From Pseudobdellovibrionaceae bacterium (GTDB lineage: Bacteria; Bdellovibrionota; Bdellovibrionia; Bdellovibrionales; Bdellovibrionaceae): a stretch of DNA of 53,700 nucleotides. This document shows positions 48,275 to 53,700 of the stretch, one piece after another. Made by a program: the position numbers and the translations under genes. The stretch's first letter is position 1; each line of letters begins with the position of its first letter. Location of the stretch: the NCBI GenBank assembly GCA_039810425.1, contig JBDHWW010000022.1:1-53700 (forward strand), given 5' to 3'. Under the pieces are notes generated by a model, which saw only the letters and a list, made by a program, of their open reading frames with translations, was not told where the DNA came from and did no database searches.

Positions 48275-49306
48275 ATGCTATTGTTTGCACTCAAAAAAAT
48301 CATGGAAGTGCTTCTCACGCTTGTGGGAATTACTTTCGTTTGTTTTCTGCTGATCCGCTTAGTGCCCGGTGATCCAGTCCTATTGATGATCGGTGAGCGT
48401 AATCTGGACCCGATTGCCTATGCGGAAGCTAAAGCCAAACTCGGTCTTGATAAGCCGATTGCCAGTCAGTTTGCAAGCTACGCGGGTCAGGTGATCACCG
48501 GCGACTTGGGGACTTCCATCACATCGAAAGCTTCAGTGTGGAGCGAGTTTAAAGAACATTTCCCGGCCACTGTCGAGCTTAGTATCGTTGCGCTGATTTT
48601 TGCGGTTCTATTTTCAATTCCCTTTGGTATTCTTGCCGCCGTAAAAAAAAATACCTTCTTTGACTATTTTCTGATGGGAACCTCACTCACCGGCTATTCG
48701 ATGCCGATCTTTTGGTGGGGGCTTGTTTTAATTTTGTTTTTCTCGGTCAAACTCGGCTGGACTCCGGTCTCAGGTCGCATTGCACTGGAGTACGACATTC
48801 CAGTCAAGACCGGATTCTATTTGATGGACACCTTAAGTTCTGAGGTCCGCGAAGCAGAAGGTTATAGGCCCTTCTGGAGCGCAGTTCAGCACCTCATCTT
48901 GCCGATGATCGTGTTAGGGACCATTCCACTTGCGGTGATGGCGCGAATGACCCGCTCGAGCTTTTTGGAAGTTTTAGGTGAAGATTTCGTGCGGACGGCC
49001 CGGGCAAAAGGCCTTCCTGAAACCCGCGTGATTCTTGTGCATGCCTTTCGCAATGCTTTGATCCCGATTGTGACCACGCTGGCCCTCTGCTTTGGCACGG
49101 TGATCACCGGCGCGATTCTAACGGAAACCATCTTTAGCTGGCCAGGGATTGGTAAGTGGATCGTCACAAGCATTACGTCGCGTGATTACCCGACCATTCA
49201 AGGCGGTGTATTGATCATTGCTGTGATCATTGTCCTGACAAATACATTGGTTGATTTGATTTATATTTACTTAAACCCGCGAATTAAAAACGCGCTGTTG
49301 AAATAG
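48275..49306 (+). CDS. dppB: Dipeptide ABC permease
   Basis: PGDP, FPATVEL, RTARAKGL, TETIFSWPGIG. Confidence 0.93.
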   Translation: MLLFALKKIMEVLLTLVGITFVCFLLIRLVPGDPVLLMIGERNLDPIAYAEAKAKLGLDKPIASQFASYAGQVITGDLGTSITSKASVWSEFKEHFPATVELSIVALIFAVLFSIPFGILAAVKKNTFFDYFLMGTSLTGYSMPIFWWGLVLILFFSVKLGWTPVSGRIALEYDIPVKTGFYLMDTLSSEVREAEGYRPFWSAVQHLILPMIVLGTIPLAVMARMTRSSFLEVLGEDFVRTARAKGLPETRVILVHAFRNALIPIVTTLALCFGTVITGAILTETIFSWPGIGKWIVTSITSRDYPTIQGGVLIIAVIIVLTNTLVDLIYIYLNPRIKNALLK

Positions 49307-49307
49307 C

Positions 49308-50171
49308 ATGAAAGATTTTTTTATTGAACTCAGCCGCGATATTCGAAAAAACAAAGGCGCCTTCGCCGGCTTTTTGCTGATTTCATTTTTTATCTCGCTG
49401 GCGCTTTTTGCACCGTTGCTTTCATCCTATCAACCGGATCAAGTCATCGACGGCGCTCTTCGCCTATCACCGGGGGCTGAATACGGCGGCCATTACTTTC
49501 TTTTTGGAACCGACGATATTGGCCGTGACCTATTTACAAGAATCTTATTTGGAGCCCGTGTCTCATTGATGGTGGGTCTTAGCGTGGTTGTATTAGCGGC
49601 AAGCCTTGGGACCTTTCTAGGTCTCATGGCGGGCTATTTTGGTGGTTGGACCGACAGAGTGATTTCACGCATGATGGATTTCATCATGGCGCTGCCAGCC
49701 GTGCTGTTTGCAATCGTGATTGTGGCCGTTCTTGGCCCAGGCCTCGTGAATTCCGTTGTGGCGGTTTCTATTGTGGCCCTGCCAAACTTTACCCGTCTTA
49801 TTCGCGCGCAAGTTCTGGCCGAGAAAAATAAACAATACGTCCAGGCGGCCCGGTTGTACGGAGCGGGTCACTTTAGAATCCTCTTTAAAGAAATTCTTCC
49901 GAACTGTATGGCACCGCTCATCGTACAAGGCAGCCTGGGTTTCAGCGATGGCGTTTTAAATTGCGCAGCCCTTGGCTTTTTGGGTTTAGGCGCGCAAGCG
50001 CCGACTCCGGAATGGGGCACGATGCTGTCAGACGCACGTAGTTTTTTAGAAAGCTCGCCGTGGATGGTGAATCTCCCGGGCATTTGTATTTTGCTGGTTG
50101 TTCTTTCGTTTAACCTTCTTGGCGATGGTCTTCGCGATGCCCTGGACCCGCGTCTTAAAAATCGTGCCTGA
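49308..50171 (+). CDS. dppC: Dipeptide ABC permease
   Basis: GTDDIGRD, PTPEWG, GDGLRDALDP. Confidence 0.93.
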   Translation: MKDFFIELSRDIRKNKGAFAGFLLISFFISLALFAPLLSSYQPDQVIDGALRLSPGAEYGGHYFLFGTDDIGRDLFTRILFGARVSLMVGLSVVVLAASLGTFLGLMAGYFGGWTDRVISRMMDFIMALPAVLFAIVIVAVLGPGLVNSVVAVSIVALPNFTRLIRAQVLAEKNKQYVQAARLYGAGHFRILFKEILPNCMAPLIVQGSLGFSDGVLNCAALGFLGLGAQAPTPEWGTMLSDARSFLESSPWMVNLPGICILLVVLSFNLLGDGLRDALDPRLKNRA

Positions 50172-50179
50172 GGTGAGAT

Positions 50180-51145
50180 TTGCTGCTGGAAATTGAAGAT
50201 CTCTCCGTGCAATTTAAAACTGACGCTGGCACTCTCGAAGCTCTCCGCCCTGTTTCCTTTTCGGTGGCGGAATCCGAGGTCCTTGGTGTGGTGGGTGAAT
50301 CCGGTTCCGGAAAAAGTGTAACGAATCTGGCCTTGATGGGCCTTCTTCCCGCCAATGCCAAAATTAGCACCAAAAGAGTCGTTTTTCATGGCAAGAACCT
50401 GGATCTGAATTCCCAGAGGGAACTTCGTAAAATCCGTGGATCACAGATTTCAATGATTTTTCAGGATCCAATGACCGCTTTGAACCCGAGTCTTAAAGTC
50501 GGCTATCAAATGATCGAAACACTTCGCTGTCACTTTGATATCAGTAAAGAAGTTGCCCGTAGCCGTGCTATTTTACTATTGGAACGTGTGGGTATTCCAA
50601 ACGCCGAAAAAAGACTTTCATCCTACTCATTTGAGCTTTCAGGTGGCCTGAGCCAGCGCGTGATGATAGCGATGGCGATTAGCTGCCATCCGAAACTTCT
50701 CATTGCGGACGAGCCGACAACGGCCCTGGATGTCACCATCCAGAAACAGATTTTAGATCTGCTGCTAGATTTGCAAAAAGAAAACAAGATGTCGATGATC
50801 TTTGTCAGTCACGATTTAGCATTGGTCCGCAAATATTCCCACCGCGTGCAAGTGATGTACGCCGGAGAACTCGCCGAAAGCGGCCGCACCGAAGACGTTA
50901 TTCAACATCCGCATCACCCTTACACGTTTGGTCTTTTAAAGGCGCGTCCGAGCGCCCACGAAGGACTTGCTAAAGAGCCTCTTTATGCCATCCCGGGCGT
51001 TGTGCCCTCGTTAAAGGCCCGTCCCACGGGCTGTCAGTTTCACCCGCGTTGCTCACGTGCCACGGATGTTTGTAAAACTCTGAATCCAAAACTGACAGGC
51101 TCCTCGCAAAAGTTCGCCTGTCATCATCCGTTGGAGACCCCGTGA
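50180..51145 (+). CDS. dppD: Dipeptide ABC ATPase
   Basis: [21 protein letters not shown]-terminal Cys cluster. Confidence 0.93.
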   Translation: MLLEIEDLSVQFKTDAGTLEALRPVSFSVAESEVLGVVGESGSGKSVTNLALMGLLPANAKISTKRVVFHGKNLDLNSQRELRKIRGSQISMIFQDPMTALNPSLKVGYQMIETLRCHFDISKEVARSRAILLLERVGIPNAEKRLSSYSFELSGGLSQRVMIAMAISCHPKLLIADEPTTALDVTIQKQILDLLLDLQKENKMSMIFVSHDLALVRKYSHRVQVMYAGELAESGRTEDVIQHPHHPYTFGLLKARPSAHEGLAKEPLYAIPGVVPSLKARPTGCQFHPRCSRATDVCKTLNPKLTGSSQKFACHHPLETP

Positions 51146-51903
51146 GCTTTTTACAGGTAAAGAATCTCAAAAAATCTTATGTTACAAAAAATCTTCTTGG
51201 AAGAACGGACGTACAGCAGGTTCTCAAAGGCCTTTCTTTTGAGCTTCCCGAGAATAAGATTCTCGGCGTGGTTGGAGAGTCAGGCTGTGGAAAATCAACC
51301 TTGGCGAAAGTGTTGACCCGCCTAGAGGATTTTAGCGAAGGGGAGATTTTCTTTGACGGCAAAAATCTTCGCGAGATCACTGCAAAAGATTTCCCACACA
51401 AAATTCAAATGGTTTTCCAGGATCCGTATCAATCTTTAAACCCCCGCAAAAAAGCCTGGGAGATTATCGCTGATCCGATTTCAGTTACTGAGCACATCTC
51501 TCTCAAAGAGGCTCAGGCGCGGGCGCTTGAAATGATGAAAAAAGTGGGTCTTCTGGTTGAAACCGCCGATCGCTATCCACATCAATTCAGTGGCGGCCAA
51601 CGTCAGCGCCTGGGAATTGCCCGTGCGTTGATGTTACGACCAAAGTTGCTTATTTTAGATGAACCGGTTTCAGCCCTGGATGTTTCTATTCAAGCGCAGG
51701 TTTTAAATCTGCTTTTAGAACTGCAACGCGAATTCAAGCTCAGTATGATTTTTATTTCCCATGACCTCACCGTCGTGAAGCACATCTCAGACGAAACTCT
51801 GGTATTGTATTTTGGCGAAATCGCAGAGCGGGCACCAAGCCAACAGCTATTCACAAATCCGCAGCACGCCTACACCAAAAAGTTGCTTGAGAGCGCCCCC
51901 TAA
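51142..51903 (+). CDS. dppF: Dipeptide ABC ATPase, short form
   Basis: GESGCGKST, FSGGQRQR, DEPVSALD; ends after HAYT...SAP. Confidence 0.9.
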   Translation: MSFLQVKNLKKSYVTKNLLGRTDVQQVLKGLSFELPENKILGVVGESGCGKSTLAKVLTRLEDFSEGEIFFDGKNLREITAKDFPHKIQMVFQDPYQSLNPRKKAWEIIADPISVTEHISLKEAQARALEMMKKVGLLVETADRYPHQFSGGQRQRLGIARALMLRPKLLILDEPVSALDVSIQAQVLNLLLELQREFKLSMIFISHDLTVVKHISDETLVLYFGEIAERAPSQQLFTNPQHAYTKKLLESAP

Positions 51904-51938
51904 AAAAAAGAGGCCCCGTTTTCGCCGGGGCCTCTTTT
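51902..51938. terminator. Bidirectional terminator
   Basis: AAAAGAGGCCCCG / CGGGGCCTCTTTT. Confidence 0.85.
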
Positions 51939-51960
51939 AGGTTAAACTTTCAAACTTCAA

Positions 51961-53394
51961 TTATGGGGTTTGGCAATTCACGGGTGTTGCCGCGAATTTT
52001 TTCTGATACGCGTCCTTATAGCTTACAAGGTCAAACTTCAAAATTCCTGCTTGGCAAGCTTTCGTCAGAATAGCTGCCGCCATCTTCGTATTGCCAAGTG
52101 TTTGTTTCAGAGAATCCGCGCGAAGACCGTAGTTTGTTATAGCTTGATAGTTTGCACCTTGCTTATCGAAATCGTCCGCTAATTTAATCAAACGACGGTA
52201 AGTGTCCGCAGAAATATGGCGAATACTTTCGAGCATGCCTGTCGCTTTCGTGTAGTTCGCGTAAGCAACCATCGCGCCGGCATCATTATCGCCGATGGAT
52301 GTTTTCTGAACAAGAACCGGATTCAAAGCGGTGATTTCAGCAGGAGGTCTGATTTCTGACTTCTTTAAAAGAGCTGCTTTCGAGTCGACTTTTGCGGTCT
52401 GAACTTTACCGTTTGCATCTTGAAAAACCCAAAACCAACGATAGTCGATGTTACCGACACGATCTTGCTGACTGAAAATATAGTCCAGAATCACGATTTC
52501 GCTGATCTCTTTCATCCACAAAGTGACTTGAGTTGCCGAAGGGCGTACGCCCGCAAAAGCGCGAGACATTGCTGGATCCTTGAAAGCTTGGTTGATACCG
52601 TCTTCAATCGCTGCCGGCATATCTTGAGACGAGCGTAAAGCTGTAAAACCCGGAGTTTTTTGGAAGTCCATATTTTGACCTTTACCCCAGCCATTGACAC
52701 GCGTGCCGTTGACTTCAGCACCGTATCTTTCACCTTTATCTTTCAAAAGAACGCCATAGAGCTGGCCATCGGCCGTGAAGAGATCTGAAGTGGGCGTATA
52801 ATACGCAGGATTTAGTTCGGCTGCCTTCAAATGCTTCCAGCCGGCGATATTCATTTTCGCATTTGCCGATGGATAGGCTTTTGTCGAAACGCGGTTATAA
52901 TGTTCTTCGCGGTCCATAGTTCTGTATACCGCGACGGGAATATCCACTGTCGCATTCAATGCACGTGAGAAGTGATAGTAAAGCATAGAGGAGTTCGAAT
53001 AAGTCCCGCTCGTATCTGGGCGGTTTATTGTTTGTTTAAATTTAGCCACTGAATCAAGGGGGCTGTTTGTACCGCAGCTTGAAGCTTCCGATTGAGCCGA
53101 TGTTTTACCACTTTTAGAATTGTCCATGACAATCGTGCCCGCGCTCGTACTCCATATTTTGGGACAAAGGGCGACCGAGTTATCATAAAAATTCAAAGCG
53201 CAAAACTTTTCTTCATTTTGAACGTCGCCGTCTGAGTACACCCCAAGAGGCAACTTTGTTAAGACAATACAGGACTCTATTACGCCATTAGGAGATTTAA
53301 ATTGGCTCACATCACCGGAAACAGCTGCTTTTGCCGGGTTGATATTCATAAGAACCATAAAAGAAACCAGAATAATTTGCTGAAGGAATTTCAA
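51961..53394 (-). CDS. Secreted protein with FAM20C/Four-jointed-like atypical kinase motifs
   Basis: Signal peptide; AKFKQ, YHFSRALN..IPVAVYR, LDYIFSQQDRVGN, GDNDAG; GGAGG RBS before TTG. Confidence 0.75.
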   Translation of the reverse strand: MKFLQQIILVSFMVLMNINPAKAAVSGDVSQFKSPNGVIESCIVLTKLPLGVYSDGDVQNEEKFCALNFYDNSVALCPKIWSTSAGTIVMDNSKSGKTSAQSEASSCGTNSPLDSVAKFKQTINRPDTSGTYSNSSMLYYHFSRALNATVDIPVAVYRTMDREEHYNRVSTKAYPSANAKMNIAGWKHLKAAELNPAYYTPTSDLFTADGQLYGVLLKDKGERYGAEVNGTRVNGWGKGQNMDFQKTPGFTALRSSQDMPAAIEDGINQAFKDPAMSRAFAGVRPSATQVTLWMKEISEIVILDYIFSQQDRVGNIDYRWFWVFQDANGKVQTAKVDSKAALLKKSEIRPPAEITALNPVLVQKTSIGDNDAGAMVAYANYTKATGMLESIRHISADTYRRLIKLADDFDKQGANYQAITNYGLRADSLKQTLGNTKMAAAILTKACQAGILKFDLVSYKDAYQKKFAATPVNCQTP

Positions 53395-53432
53395 AGAACC
53401 TCCAAATATTTTTAACTTTAAAACTATCTAAA

Positions 53433-53447
53433 GCAAGCCAGTTGCCA
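53433..53447 (-). promoter_or_regulatory. Sigma-54 promoter
   Basis: TGGCAA-ctggc-TTGC on the minus strand. Confidence 0.75.
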
Positions 53448-53485
53448 AGGCGCACTCAGCCAAGTCTTCTATCGCTATGTACACA

Positions 53486-53500
53486 TTCTCAAAATGAGAC
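53486..53500. promoter_or_regulatory. Palindromic motif, copy 6
   Basis: TTCTCA-AAA-TGAGAC. Confidence 0.6.
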
Positions 53501-53700
53501 TAGGGCAATTTACGGCGCTGATATGTTCAGAGTATTTACAGGGAACCGGCCCTTTCTTCTTTTTGTAGGTGGCGAGGATTGAGTCTCGTTGCTGTGAGTG
53601 CTTGGTGATAATGTGTCGAAGTAAAATCAAGGCTTTGGTGGAGAATACAGAGTTTTTTATTGCCGCAGAGTCACTGCAAACAGACATCCTGTCTGTTGAG

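Noticed and set aside
53475..53700. 70-aa minus-strand ORF open to the window edge
   Set aside because: No recognisable motif; it overlaps a presumed regulatory palindrome; a plus-strand frame is also open, so it cannot be resolved without flanking sequence
1..53700. CRISPR array, IS element, prophage, rRNA or tRNA genes
   Set aside because: No regularly spaced repeats, transposase or phage proteins, or cloverleaf structures were seen by eye

Overview
A 53.7-kb bacterial chromosomal segment. Gene content, gene order, many signal-peptide hypothetical proteins and sigma-28/sigma-54 promoter usage suggest a Bdellovibrio-like predator (inference, no search run). Mostly core genes: yceD-rpmF-fabH-fabD-fabG-acpP-fabF-rpiB-glyA, kup, nrdAB with NrdR boxes, site-2 protease-trpS-scpA-scpB, acyl-CoA dehydrogenase, queD-like PTPS, a pseudouridine synthase and dppABCDF. 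No rRNA, intact tRNA, CRISPR array or IS element was seen. Main non-routine signals: (1) a catalytic-domain-only tyrosine recombinase divergent from a membrane-anchored HTH gene, across an AT-rich spacer holding a perfect sigma-28 promoter, an IHF site and a ~22-bp repeat pair; (2) a dispersed intergenic palindrome GTCTCA-N3-TGAGAC near sigma-54/sigma-28 promoters; (3) a secreted FAM20C/Four-jointed-like kinase-fold protein and a secreted GS/amidoligase-like protein; (4) candidate structured RNA leaders before nrdAB and a beta-barrel gene; (5) a split MnmC2 plus TIGR01212 radical SAM pair for tRNA U34 modification.
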